A stretch of DNA of 64,000 nucleotides. It comes from a bacterium ADurb.Bin157 (GTDB lineage: Bacteria > Muiribacteriota > Ozemobacteria > Ozemobacterales > Ozemobacteraceae). Every line of letters begins with the position of its first letter. Positions within the stretch are counted from its first letter, which is position 1. The stretch is taken from contig MWDD01000001.1 in assembly GCA_002070375.1 (NCBI GenBank), positions 17,425-81,424 of the forward strand. Direction: 5' to 3'. A model generated the notes under the pieces. That model worked only from the letters and a program-made list of their open reading frames with translations, made no database searches and was not told where the DNA came from. The position numbers and the translations under genes were made by a program. This document shows positions 1 to 9,091 of this stretch, in pieces.

Positions 1-28
1 TGACTTTTTTGTTTTTCGACATTAAAAC

Positions 29-409
29 TTACTTCATCATAGATTCAGGGACAATTTCAAGCCAATATCCATCAGGATCAACAATGAAATAAATGTTCAT
101 TTCGTGGTTTTCAAAACAAATACAGCCTAAATTTTCATGCAGTTTATGCGCAGCCTCAAAATCAGCGGTCGTAAAGGCTATGTGGAACTCATTTTCACCC
201 AAATTATAAGGCTCTTTTCTGTCTCTCAGCCATGTAAGCTCAAGCGTGTGCCCACCGCTTCCATCGCCCAAATACACCAAAATAAAACTCTTCTCCGCCC
301 CCTCTATTCTTTTAACTTCTTTTAAACCAAGAGCCTTACGATAAAAATCTAAACTCTTCTCCAAATCAAGCACGTTTATATTATTGTGATTAAACTTAAA
401 AGCTGTCAT
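29..409 (-). CDS. glyoxalase / VOC-family protein (lactoylglutathione lyase-like)
   Basis: 126 aa. Glyoxalase-I fold signature: HIAF..., paired His/Glu metal ligands, ...GYWLEIV C-terminus. Confidence 0.7.
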   Translation of the reverse strand: MTAFKFNHNNINVLDLEKSLDFYRKALGLKEVKRIEGAEKSFILVYLGDGSGGHTLELTWLRDRKEPYNLGENEFHIAFTTADFEAAHKLHENLGCICFENHEMNIYFIVDPDGYWLEIVPESMMK

Positions 410-420
410 TACATTTTCCT

Positions 421-2340
421 TTATTTATGATCTTTGCACGCAAAAACTTTATTCACGACAGCGCAGACATCGACCACTCTGATCTGGTGAAACTTAAGCA
501 TATCCGACAAACTTAATGCTGACTGTGAATAAGCTCTTGCCCCTATTCTAACGGGATTTTTAAACCCAAGCGCCCCAATAAAAGCCCCCAACCCTGTTTC
601 GCGCCGGTGGTCCTCTAAAGTAAACACATTGTTGTATTTTGCTATCAAGTTTTTCAAGACTTGATTTTCATCCGTGAATCGCTGAACTATAACCACATCT
701 AAAGCGATTCCAATGTCTTCCAGGGCTCTTTGCGACTTTAGCGCTGTTTTTGTCATGTGCGGCCCTGAAGTAAACAAAACTCCGCGTTTTACCGATTCTA
801 ATGCCGAAATGAATTTGCGACAGCCCGAATCTGCCAAAGGCGATGATATGCCTGTGTTGCAGGGCGTTCTGTGTAATCTGATATAAGTCGGTCTGCATTT
901 TCCGGTTTCGGAAAATTCCTTTCGCATCCGCTCAATAGCATAGGCCAGTAATGCTTCGGTGCTTTTTTCATCAACAGGCTCAACCATTTCAATATCACCT
1001 ATACATCGCATTAAACCAATATCATTTACCGCTTGATGGCTTTTACCGTCTGTAAAGTAATCTGCGCCCGAATAATGCGCCGCAAAAATAACAGGCACTT
1101 TTTCGGTCGCAACAGCAAAAATTTGATCAAGAGAACGCTTAAAGAAAGATGCATAAGTGTTAACAACGGCGATTTTGCCCGTCAAACCGATTCCTGCCGC
1201 AATTGAAGTCATATCTTGCTCGCTTATTCCGACTTCAATATATCTTTCATTAAAAAGACGCGCAACCTCGGTAAGTTTGCATGATTTTTCTAAATCTGCG
1301 TCTAATACAAAAATGTTCTTATCATTTGCATACTTAGCAAGAGCCGCCGTAAAAGCTTCGCCGGTAGACAAGTTTTTGTTATCGCTCTTATCATCGAACT
1401 CTTCTTGATTATCGCAGGTGTATTGTTCTTTGAATTCTTTAAACGATTGCCTCAAAGCTTTATGATCAATTTTGCCGACCAGCTCTTCAAGAATTTGTAA
1501 ATATTCGCCATCAGAAGGAATCTTACCATGCCACACACCCTCTCTTCTGGCGACATCTTTTGACATGGACGTTATTGAGCTGCCTGCGCCTTTAATGGTA
1601 TGAGCGATTATTATCGCCGGTGCGTTGCCGCTTAATACCTTTTCAATTGCACCTACAATTTCCTCAAAATTATGCCCGTCAATTTCATACACAACTAAGC
1701 CAATGCCCTCAAAGACCTTAACCCAATCAGCCGCATCTTTAATGTCTGCGGTGCAACTGTCAGACTGCAAATAATTTCTGTCTAATATGGGAACAACGCC
1801 GCGCGGGTTATGTTTTGCCAAAGTTAAAAGAGCCTCAAAGAGCTGCCCCTCCTGCATTTCGCCATCCCCCATCAGTGCAAAAACCGGCTTTATTTCTGTC
1901 GAATCAATATTGTTACTTAAAGCGTTGCCTATTGCCTTCGATAACCCCTGCCCCAGAGAACCGCTGTCAGAATCAACACCGGGAACAGACCTGTCACAAT
2001 GAGCGGGCAACCCGTCGAGTTGCTTATAAGTATTGAGCCTTTCAAGTTCGAAGCAACCCAACGCAGCCAAAATTGCATACTGCGCCATTGCTGCATGCCC
2101 CTTCGACATATGCAACGCACCTCTTTGGGTGCTTTCAATTGAAGGGTTAGGTATAAATCTGTGATAAATACTGCTCAAAATATCTATCCCGGAAAAACAA
2201 GCGCCTAACCAGCCATGAGAGGCAGACTTTAAGCCGGCAAGACAATTAATGCGATGGATATTCGCCAGTTTTTCTAATTGTCCAAAATCGTTAGAATCAA
2301 ACAAATCAATAATACTTTTATCAACAATAAATGTTTTCAT
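421..2340 (-). CDS. transketolase (single-chain, TPP-dependent)
   Basis: 639 aa. N-terminal TPP-binding motifs SKGHAAMAQYA and ALMGDGEMQEG. C-terminal pyrimidine-binding domain GISEQDMTSIAAG...NTYASF. Confidence 0.75.
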   Translation of the reverse strand: MKTFIVDKSIIDLFDSNDFGQLEKLANIHRINCLAGLKSASHGWLGACFSGIDILSSIYHRFIPNPSIESTQRGALHMSKGHAAMAQYAILAALGCFELERLNTYKQLDGLPAHCDRSVPGVDSDSGSLGQGLSKAIGNALSNNIDSTEIKPVFALMGDGEMQEGQLFEALLTLAKHNPRGVVPILDRNYLQSDSCTADIKDAADWVKVFEGIGLVVYEIDGHNFEEIVGAIEKVLSGNAPAIIIAHTIKGAGSSITSMSKDVARREGVWHGKIPSDGEYLQILEELVGKIDHKALRQSFKEFKEQYTCDNQEEFDDKSDNKNLSTGEAFTAALAKYANDKNIFVLDADLEKSCKLTEVARLFNERYIEVGISEQDMTSIAAGIGLTGKIAVVNTYASFFKRSLDQIFAVATEKVPVIFAAHYSGADYFTDGKSHQAVNDIGLMRCIGDIEMVEPVDEKSTEALLAYAIERMRKEFSETGKCRPTYIRLHRTPCNTGISSPLADSGCRKFISALESVKRGVLFTSGPHMTKTALKSQRALEDIGIALDVVIVQRFTDENQVLKNLIAKYNNVFTLEDHRRETGLGAFIGALGFKNPVRIGARAYSQSALSLSDMLKFHQIRVVDVCAVVNKVFACKDHK

Positions 2341-2341
2341 A

Positions 2342-3946
2342 CTAATCAGCCTGTGAATACCCTTCTACGTCTTTTTTTGCGTATTTGACTATAACATTGG
2401 CGGAAACAAGATTATTTAAAGCCTTTTTTAAATTTTTGTCTGATAGCTTGGTTTCCTTCTTTAATTCATCATAAGTTTTAAATGCTTCTCTGTCTAAAGC
2501 AGAATGTACCTTTTGATTGTTTTTGTTGCTCAAAAGTTTGATCATTTTATTGTGCAATGCCTTGCCCTCAGCAAGAGTAACAGTTTGAGGCTCGCCTTTT
2601 TTAGGGCCGTCCGCCATTTTTTTTGACATTTCTGAGTTCCAAAGATGCTCAAACTCTGCTTTGAAAGCATCGATGATCTTTTGATTGTGTTCGTAAAGAG
2701 CGTTGAAAAACATCACATTTTCAAAATTAAGAAACTCGCCGGAATTTGACCAATTGTAGCTTCCCACCGCCAATTCATTGTTGTTGACACACAAATTTTT
2801 GTGGTGCCAAAATAAACTTAAATAACTTATAAGACCTACTTTTTTCTTTTCCGAATCATAACCATAGGCATTTTTTCTGAATCGGTATCTGACTTGAATA
2901 TTAGAGATATTACGTTCCTTTGCCTGTTTTTCAAGCCAAGGCCCTAATTTGCCTTCTTTGGGGTCTTCGTCATTTAATTGCGCATGATCAAGTAAAAGCC
3001 TAAATTTGGCATTTGGATTTCTGGCGGCCGCAAGAAGAATGGCTTCCGCCAATTCGGTGCGTGTAAGGCTGAACATTCCAAGATCTAATGAACCTTCGGG
3101 CTTAACTCTGCCAATCATGCTAATAAGCTCTGAATCAATACGTGTTAGTTCTAATTCATTTTTGGGCTCTGAATTAAAGACAATTCCGGTATAACCCGGC
3201 ACAGGAGAAGCCTCTATATATTTTTCCGGGATCCATTCTCCGAATACAACCTCAGAGTATTCGTTCCAAAGTCTTGCAAACTCTTCTGCGAGCTGACGTG
3301 CCACTGCGGGTTGATTATCAAAAAACACTCTGTTTTCACCATATATTTGGTCTGAAGTAACGGAAATGTTTGCGCTCCCATTAAAACAACTGTGAGGAAC
3401 AGGATTATCGGGTGCATAAAAAATTCCGAATTTTTCATGCATCGTACCATAAATAACCGTTCCGTCATCTAAGGTCGCCTCTCGCTTGTTTCTTTTCATC
3501 GCTTTATCAGTAACCGCAGCAAGAGTGAAATCAAAGGGTTTGCCGTCTTCTTTTGCTTTTATTGCGCCCTTTTCAATTACATTAGCGATTTTATCGCGGC
3601 TTTCTTTGGCCCAAGAAGTCACACCGTCTAATAGCAACAGTACTTTTACGTTTTTATCTGATGCCGCCTTAATCATTGCATCAAGACATCCGTAATCGCT
3701 CATAGAATACATAGCTATTTTTGCGGTGCTGCCCGGTTCTAACTTGTCAAAAGCATATTTTATTGAATTCGACAAAGTCGCTTTTCTGGATATATTGTCT
3801 GAAAAAACTAGTTTTCTGGAATTATTAACGGGGCTAAAACCGCCCTTAGGGCCGAAATAAATATTAATATCATCGGCGTTGGCGGCATTTAAGCCGAGTA
3901 AAAAGACAAAAGCGACAACGAACCCTTTAAGCATTCTTTTAATCAA
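2342..3946 (-). CDS. secreted phospholipase-D-like (two HxK...GSxN modules) protein
   Basis: 534 aa with an N-terminal signal peptide. Two PLD-type motifs: MHEKFGIF...GSANIS and WHHKNLCV...GSYNWSNSG. The motif Asp is replaced by Tyr in the first motif and Asn in the second. Confidence 0.55.
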   Translation of the reverse strand: MIKRMLKGFVVAFVFLLGLNAANADDINIYFGPKGGFSPVNNSRKLVFSDNISRKATLSNSIKYAFDKLEPGSTAKIAMYSMSDYGCLDAMIKAASDKNVKVLLLLDGVTSWAKESRDKIANVIEKGAIKAKEDGKPFDFTLAAVTDKAMKRNKREATLDDGTVIYGTMHEKFGIFYAPDNPVPHSCFNGSANISVTSDQIYGENRVFFDNQPAVARQLAEEFARLWNEYSEVVFGEWIPEKYIEASPVPGYTGIVFNSEPKNELELTRIDSELISMIGRVKPEGSLDLGMFSLTRTELAEAILLAAARNPNAKFRLLLDHAQLNDEDPKEGKLGPWLEKQAKERNISNIQVRYRFRKNAYGYDSEKKKVGLISYLSLFWHHKNLCVNNNELAVGSYNWSNSGEFLNFENVMFFNALYEHNQKIIDAFKAEFEHLWNSEMSKKMADGPKKGEPQTVTLAEGKALHNKMIKLLSNKNNQKVHSALDREAFKTYDELKKETKLSDKNLKKALNNLVSANVIVKYAKKDVEGYSQAD

Positions 3947-4040
3947 TTATAATCTCCGTATTTCAGATTTTGACCTGTATTATTCTATCTGAAAACACCG
4001 AATTATAACAATCTATTTTTAAAAATATGCTTTTTAAATC

Positions 4041-5510
4041 TTATTTAAGCATCTTTTCAAGGAATTTTTTCGCAATAACAGGACTGCTCGTTACGCCCGG
4101 CCCGTTAAGACAACCGCCCTCACAGGTCATTACCTCTACAAATGCGGGTTCTTTAATAGTTTTATCCAAAACTCTTAACAATGACACAGTTTTATTGTTA
4201 ATGCCGTTAACCGGCTTGCTTACCGCTTTAACTCCACAAGAGGCTGCGCTTGCAATGACAGCATTCGCAACACCGCCCGACACGGCAAAGCCCCTTCCGA
4301 CAGAACTTGCTGACTTATCGGGTTCTTGCTCGTCACACTCAACAACATCAACACCGGCCGCTATAAATATCGAACCTAATTCCTCATAAGTCATAACGTT
4401 GTCGACATAAGTCGACTCGCGAGCTTCAAACCTCTTTGCCACACAAGGCCCTATAAACACACGGGTTGCACCGGGCCATTGATTTGAAACCCACTCGCCT
4501 GTGTATATCATAGGGCTAAGAGTGGTTGACACATAAGATTGTATTGAAGGAATATGCTTTTTAACAACCTGAACATACGCCGGGCAACATGACGATGTCA
4601 TAAAAGATTCTTTGTGCTCAAGGCGTTCTACAAATTCTTCTGTTTCTTTCTGAGCCGTAATATCTGCACCATAAGCGACTTCAACAACTTTATCAAAACC
4701 CATTTTTTTAAGAGCAGAAACTACTTTGCCGAAATCCGTATTAAATTGACCCGCAATAGATGGCGCAACCATAGCTACCGTGGTTTTACCCGGATCTTTT
4801 ATGTCTCTTAAAACATCAAACATCTCAGAACGCTCCATTATAGCCCCAAACGGGCATGCCAGCATGCACTTACCACAATAAACACATTTTTGCGGGTCTA
4901 TTTTTTCTTTGCCAAATTCATCTTTGCTAATCGCGTTAACAGGGCACGCTTCTTCGCAAGGTATCGGCTGATAAACAATTGCGTGATAAGGACAAACCTT
5001 TTCGCATATTCCGCAGCTCACACATAGATTTTCATCAATTATTGCATGTCCGCCTTCAAAGCGAATAGCTTTTTTGGGACAATTCATTATGCATGGCCTT
5101 GCCACACAACCCCTGCAAGCATTCGTCACTTGATATTTTGACCTTATACAAGCAGAACAAGCATCGTCTATAACAGTCAAAATACTTTCGTCAAATTTGT
5201 CTTCGCCCTTTTGCACGGCATCAGCAGCGTAGTCTTTTAATAATTTAACTTCGTCTGACTGACTCTCGCTTGCTGCGGCGAAGCCAAGAAGAACCTTAAC
5301 TCTGCTTCTAACAACGGCTCTGTCATGATGAATACAGCATCTTACCGATTCTGAGTTTTTCGGAGTCATTAAAACGGGAATAAGGTCTATGTTGTCTTGA
5401 ATAGTATCGTCTAGTATTAACTTTGCTAAACGAACCATAACTTGTCTTTTAATTATTGCTGCATTGTTTATGTAATTCATATATTTATCTGTGCTCTCGA
5501 ATGTAATCAA
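4041..5510 (-). CDS. [FeFe]-hydrogenase-like H-cluster domain protein (4Fe-4S dicluster plus H-domain, no PAS)
   Basis: 489 aa. Two CxxCxxCxxxCP ferredoxin motifs. H-cluster motifs TSSCCPAYV, FIGPCVAKRFE (Met to Gly) and EVMTCEGGCLNGPG. Confidence 0.75.
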   Translation of the reverse strand: MITFESTDKYMNYINNAAIIKRQVMVRLAKLILDDTIQDNIDLIPVLMTPKNSESVRCCIHHDRAVVRSRVKVLLGFAAASESQSDEVKLLKDYAADAVQKGEDKFDESILTVIDDACSACIRSKYQVTNACRGCVARPCIMNCPKKAIRFEGGHAIIDENLCVSCGICEKVCPYHAIVYQPIPCEEACPVNAISKDEFGKEKIDPQKCVYCGKCMLACPFGAIMERSEMFDVLRDIKDPGKTTVAMVAPSIAGQFNTDFGKVVSALKKMGFDKVVEVAYGADITAQKETEEFVERLEHKESFMTSSCCPAYVQVVKKHIPSIQSYVSTTLSPMIYTGEWVSNQWPGATRVFIGPCVAKRFEARESTYVDNVMTYEELGSIFIAAGVDVVECDEQEPDKSASSVGRGFAVSGGVANAVIASAASCGVKAVSKPVNGINNKTVSLLRVLDKTIKEPAFVEVMTCEGGCLNGPGVTSSPVIAKKFLEKMLK

Positions 5511-5733
5511 TAACTTTTGTCATACTTGCCGATTCCATAAGATAATCGTTAATTAAGACAAAAGGCGGTTTGGCATTAGGCTCATGACACTTTTGAAGAC
5601 AAGATGAACCCACAACCTCAACTTCATCTTTGATGTCAGCCGGCAAACAATCTTCCAAAACCATCATCTGCGCTCCGCCAAGAACATAACAGGTAGTGCC
5701 GGAACAAATAGAAACTTTGAATTTTTTACTCAC
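5485..5733 (-). CDS. thioredoxin-like [2Fe-2S] ferredoxin (NuoE/HydC-like)
   Basis: 82 aa. Cys pattern CSGTTC ... SSCLQKC, typical of NuoE-type 2Fe-2S proteins. Overlaps the downstream gene by 26 nt. Confidence 0.6.
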   Translation of the reverse strand: MSKKFKVSICSGTTCYVLGGAQMMVLEDCLPADIKDEVEVVGSSCLQKCHEPNAKPPFVLINDYLMESASMTKVIDYIREHR

Positions 5734-5748
5734 AACGGGCTCCTTAAA

Positions 5749-6954
5749 TTAAATATACTGAATGGTCGTTTCTTTATAATATTGCTCTTCAAGCTGTTTT
5801 GATATTTTCTTTATGACATTTCTTCTGATCTCTAAATCAACAGGCATATTTGGATCTTGGTGAAATTCATTGATTCTCGTACCTACAACGAAATTTATTA
5901 CATCGCTGTCAAGCATCAATTTTACTATCTTTGCTCCCGGGTCGTCTGTAAAGAAGTCAAGTTCGGTCTTATCTTCAAGATATTTTGCCGCTCTGCCGAT
6001 AGTTAAAATGCCTTCCGTTACCAAATCAGCGCCGTCCATTATTGATTCGGGAGGCAAATCAGCGGTTAGCTTGTCAAGCCTCACGTGAACCTTACGACCT
6101 GTTTCTCTTGAAATAATATTTGCGGTAGTGCCCCCGCATATTATTTTTTTACCGGGAAACTCCTCTACAAGCGATGCAAGCATTTTATCTTTTTGCCGAT
6201 CATATGGCGGGCCGGTCATTATTAACAAGCGTCTTGGATTTCTAAAATAAATTACACCGCAAGTAATATCATCTAAGGCTTTATGCGAATTATTTAACCA
6301 AGATTTCTCTACAATAGCCCTTGACAGATCATGAGCAGATATTTCAGGCTTTGAGGCAATTTTATCTAAAATAAATTTTCCGACCCTCTCAATGCCCCAT
6401 CCGAATGGAAGCTCTTTGCTGCCGATTCCGCTCTGACTGACACCGTCAGAAAACATTATAATGCGATCCCCAATTTTTGCGTCAAACCCCGACACATTTA
6501 TTTGCACAGGCTCTTTATCTGCTCTTAATACGTCTGCTTCTTGCTTTTGGGTATCCATAACAGAGCCATTTCTAGTAATCAAAACAGGTGGGTTATCATA
6601 CTCAACAATTCTGACTTCATTGTCAAAATCTATGTCAACCATCGAAAATGTACTGTAACTTATGTTTCTTTTAGAACATACAGGTAATGTTTCCATAATG
6701 CTCTTTGCAGCTTTGGCGGGATCTCTGAAGCTACCCATGTAGTTTAACCCCATAACAGAGGTTAAAGTGGCTAACACCCCTGCTTTAACTCCGCTTCCCA
6801 ATCCATCGGAAAGCACAGCCAACACCCGACTCTGTTCTTTAATTTTTTTAGACAAAAAAACATCGCCGCCAATTCGATTTTTTTCGCAGTATCTTTGGCA
6901 ATAATCAACTTCTATCGCACAATCAGATGTTTTCGGTGTGAACTCCATTATCAA
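5749..6954 (-). CDS. PP2C/SpoIIE-family serine phosphatase with C-terminal uncharacterised domain
   Basis: 401 aa. Has GGDVF, LSDGLGSG, MFSDGV and DDIT motifs of RsbU/SpoIIE PP2C phosphatases. Overlaps the upstream gene by 32 nt. Confidence 0.7.
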   Translation of the reverse strand: MIMEFTPKTSDCAIEVDYCQRYCEKNRIGGDVFLSKKIKEQSRVLAVLSDGLGSGVKAGVLATLTSVMGLNYMGSFRDPAKAAKSIMETLPVCSKRNISYSTFSMVDIDFDNEVRIVEYDNPPVLITRNGSVMDTQKQEADVLRADKEPVQINVSGFDAKIGDRIIMFSDGVSQSGIGSKELPFGWGIERVGKFILDKIASKPEISAHDLSRAIVEKSWLNNSHKALDDITCGVIYFRNPRRLLIMTGPPYDRQKDKMLASLVEEFPGKKIICGGTTANIISRETGRKVHVRLDKLTADLPPESIMDGADLVTEGILTIGRAAKYLEDKTELDFFTDDPGAKIVKLMLDSDVINFVVGTRINEFHQDPNMPVDLEIRRNVIKKISKQLEEQYYKETTIQYI

Positions 6955-8665
6955 CCTCCGCTGTTTCTTTAAAGGCCTCTAATACATTGTTCAAACGAAT
7001 TTCAGTTTCAGAAGCATTCTCTCCCAGCAAATAAGCTATCTTTTGAACAGTCTCCAAATTTAGTTTAATTACTTCTTCAACTCTTTTGACTACTTGCTCC
7101 CTTCTGACATGAGGCACTCTTATATCTTGAATTACAGCGCCGACTACCTGATTTCTTTCAATTGAAAAAACAGAAATATTTAATCTGTGATTGTTGTAAT
7201 CCATCTCGGAATCAACCAAATCTTCACCCGTCACCAAAACTTTTTGAAAAAGCTTATAGAACGGAACAATTTTATTCAGCATAGCACCTTCCAACCCCGG
7301 GGTTGCTTCAAAAATCATTTCTATTTCTGAGCCGAAAATAGAAGCAAAATGCTTGTTGCACTCAATAATTCGCATCGCAGAATCGGCAATTACAACTCCC
7401 GCAGGCATTGCCTTTATTAAAGCGTTTGCTTTTTTACTGGCTAATTTTCGCATATAAGAAGCGCACATGTTTTCCATCGCTTTTCCGTTTAAGAGAGCTA
7501 CTGCAAAATCTCGACACGAATCATAACCGCAACTGCCACAGTTCAACTCGTCTTTCAACGAGCTTTTACCAACCCTTTGCAAAGCGCTCCTGATCATCGG
7601 TTCAGAATAAACTCCCGAAATTATCGGCTTTATTTGAATTTCTGCACCAATGTTTATGCCATATAGGGGCTTGTCAAAATCAATCGTGTTTACAACATTG
7701 CTGTAAACATTATCCCGTTTAAGAACCGTAGACTCTTTATGTCTCATGCCGGGACCATTAACGCATCCTCCGCCACAAGCCAAAAGTTCGATAAAAATCT
7801 GTCTGTTTGGCGAAAATTTATCCAGATCTCCCATTGCCGCAATTATGGCTTTTATACCGGAAAAACACATAAACTCCACATTTTGCTTTTGCAAACGCCC
7901 CTTTATACCCGAAATCATTCCGCCGTCAATGGGATATAAACCCCCGTCTGAGGAATCAAAAGGATAAAATGTTTCTGAGCTGTCAGGATCTAATGCATAT
8001 GGATCAATATTTGACTCTTCAAACCACTTATGAAGATTTTCAAATGTCAAAGCAGCTAAAATATTTTCGTTAAATAAGTCAAATTCAATTTTCTTTGCAG
8101 CGCAAGGCCCAACAAAAGCAAATTGTGTATTAGGTGCCGATATGCTCGCTAAGTATTTAACATGAGCTGCCAGCGGTGAAACCAACGGCGTAAAGTACGC
8201 AACAAACTTTGGATAATACTTGTACATCATTTCAACTACTGTAGGACAAGCCGTCGAAAGAAATATTTTGTTATCTGAACTGTCAATCAAATCAGCTACC
8301 CCTTTTGAAACCATCTGAGCGCCGATAGCTGTTTCTGAAACTTGAGAAAAACCCAACTTTTTAATAGCTGATATAAGCTGCGATGAATGTAATTGAACAA
8401 ATTCAGCCCGCCACGAAGGAGCAACAGAAAGAATGACATTTCTTCCCATGTCTATAGCCTGTCGCACTTTTGCAACATCATTACGTATTTTTTTTGCGCC
8501 TGATGGACAAACCAAAACACATTTTCCGCAATGAATACACAGCTCATCAACAATACAAGCGCTGTTGTCTTCAATTTTTATTGCCTTAACAGGACACTCT
8601 CTGACGCATTTATAGCAATCTTGGCAATCTGCTTTTTTTGTGTATATAGGCTTTAACTCATTCAT
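6923..8665 (-). CDS. hydS: sensory [FeFe]-hydrogenase-like protein HydS (H-domain, extra Cys cluster, C-terminal PAS)
   Basis: 580 aa. N-terminal 2x[4Fe-4S] ferredoxin motifs. H-cluster motifs STACPTVV (proton-relay Cys to Ala), FVGPCAAKKIE (Met to Gly) and ELLACGGGCVNGPG. Then CGSCGYDSC and a PAS-like C-terminus. Confidence 0.75.
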   Translation of the reverse strand: MNELKPIYTKKADCQDCYKCVRECPVKAIKIEDNSACIVDELCIHCGKCVLVCPSGAKKIRNDVAKVRQAIDMGRNVILSVAPSWRAEFVQLHSSQLISAIKKLGFSQVSETAIGAQMVSKGVADLIDSSDNKIFLSTACPTVVEMMYKYYPKFVAYFTPLVSPLAAHVKYLASISAPNTQFAFVGPCAAKKIEFDLFNENILAALTFENLHKWFEESNIDPYALDPDSSETFYPFDSSDGGLYPIDGGMISGIKGRLQKQNVEFMCFSGIKAIIAAMGDLDKFSPNRQIFIELLACGGGCVNGPGMRHKESTVLKRDNVYSNVVNTIDFDKPLYGINIGAEIQIKPIISGVYSEPMIRSALQRVGKSSLKDELNCGSCGYDSCRDFAVALLNGKAMENMCASYMRKLASKKANALIKAMPAGVVIADSAMRIIECNKHFASIFGSEIEMIFEATPGLEGAMLNKIVPFYKLFQKVLVTGEDLVDSEMDYNNHRLNISVFSIERNQVVGAVIQDIRVPHVRREQVVKRVEEVIKLNLETVQKIAYLLGENASETEIRLNNVLEAFKETAEVDNGVHTENI

Positions 8666-8951
8666 GACCGCTCTCCGATTCTCCGATTGCCTGATTCAAC
8701 AACTCTGTAACCGACTGTGGCGGAACCTGCTCGTATATTTTTTCGTCAATTTTTATCACAGGAGCAGATTTGCATTTTTCTGAACACAAACAACCGCGAA
8801 ATTCAATATTTTCAGCTATTTTTCTGTTGTTCTTTAAGTATTCTGTAATTATTTCTACACTAAGTCTATTGCCCCTTGTAAAACAAGCACTGCCCATACA
8901 CAAAACTACTTCATGTTTTTTCTGAATTGTCGAATCGGAAATATTGCTCAT
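8658..8951 (-). CDS. thioredoxin-like [2Fe-2S] ferredoxin (NuoE-like)
   Basis: 97 aa. Cys pattern CMGSAC ... GCLCSEKC. GGAGG ribosome-binding site upstream. First gene of the cluster; overlaps hydS by 8 nt. Confidence 0.6.
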   Translation of the reverse strand: MSNISDSTIQKKHEVVLCMGSACFTRGNRLSVEIITEYLKNNRKIAENIEFRGCLCSEKCKSAPVIKIDEKIYEQVPPQSVTELLNQAIGESESGHE

Positions 8952-9001
8952 AAAAGCCTCCGGTTTATTATTTTAAAACCATCAAGATATATTATAAATG
9001 A

Positions 9002-9019
9002 TTGTGAAAAAATTCACAA
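9002..9019 (-). promoter_or_regulatory. Rex (redox-sensing repressor) operator TTGTGAA-AAAA-TTCACAA
   Basis: Perfect 18-bp match to the published Rex consensus TTGTGAAnnnnTTCACAA. Its left half serves as the -35 (TTGTGA), 17 nt from a TATAAT -10 at 8996..8991, about 45 nt upstream of the first ferredoxin ATG. Confidence 0.6.
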
Positions 9020-9032
9020 GCCTTTTGTTTTG

Positions 9033-9077
9033 ATAAAAAAAGCAGCATCAAAAAGATTATCTATTTTAATGCTGCTT
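9033..9077 (-). terminator. putative rho-independent terminator downstream of glgX
   Basis: Inverted repeat AAGCAGCAT/ATGCTGCTT with 9-bp arms, followed on the minus strand by a T7 run. Confidence 0.45.
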
Positions 9078-9091
9078 TCCGAATAAATATT

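Noticed and set aside
3947-4040. AT-rich hairpin ATGCTT-N16-AAGCAT downstream of the hydrogenase-like gene
   Set aside because: It has a 16-nt loop and 6-bp AT-rich stem, so it is weak. A terminator is plausible here but is not reported as a feature.
9003-9018. TGTGA-N6-TCACA read as a CRP/cAMP-receptor site
   Set aside because: The extended arms TTGTGAA/TTCACAA with 4-nt spacing match the Rex operator better. The same motif class recurs at adhE, a typical Rex target rather than a CRP target.
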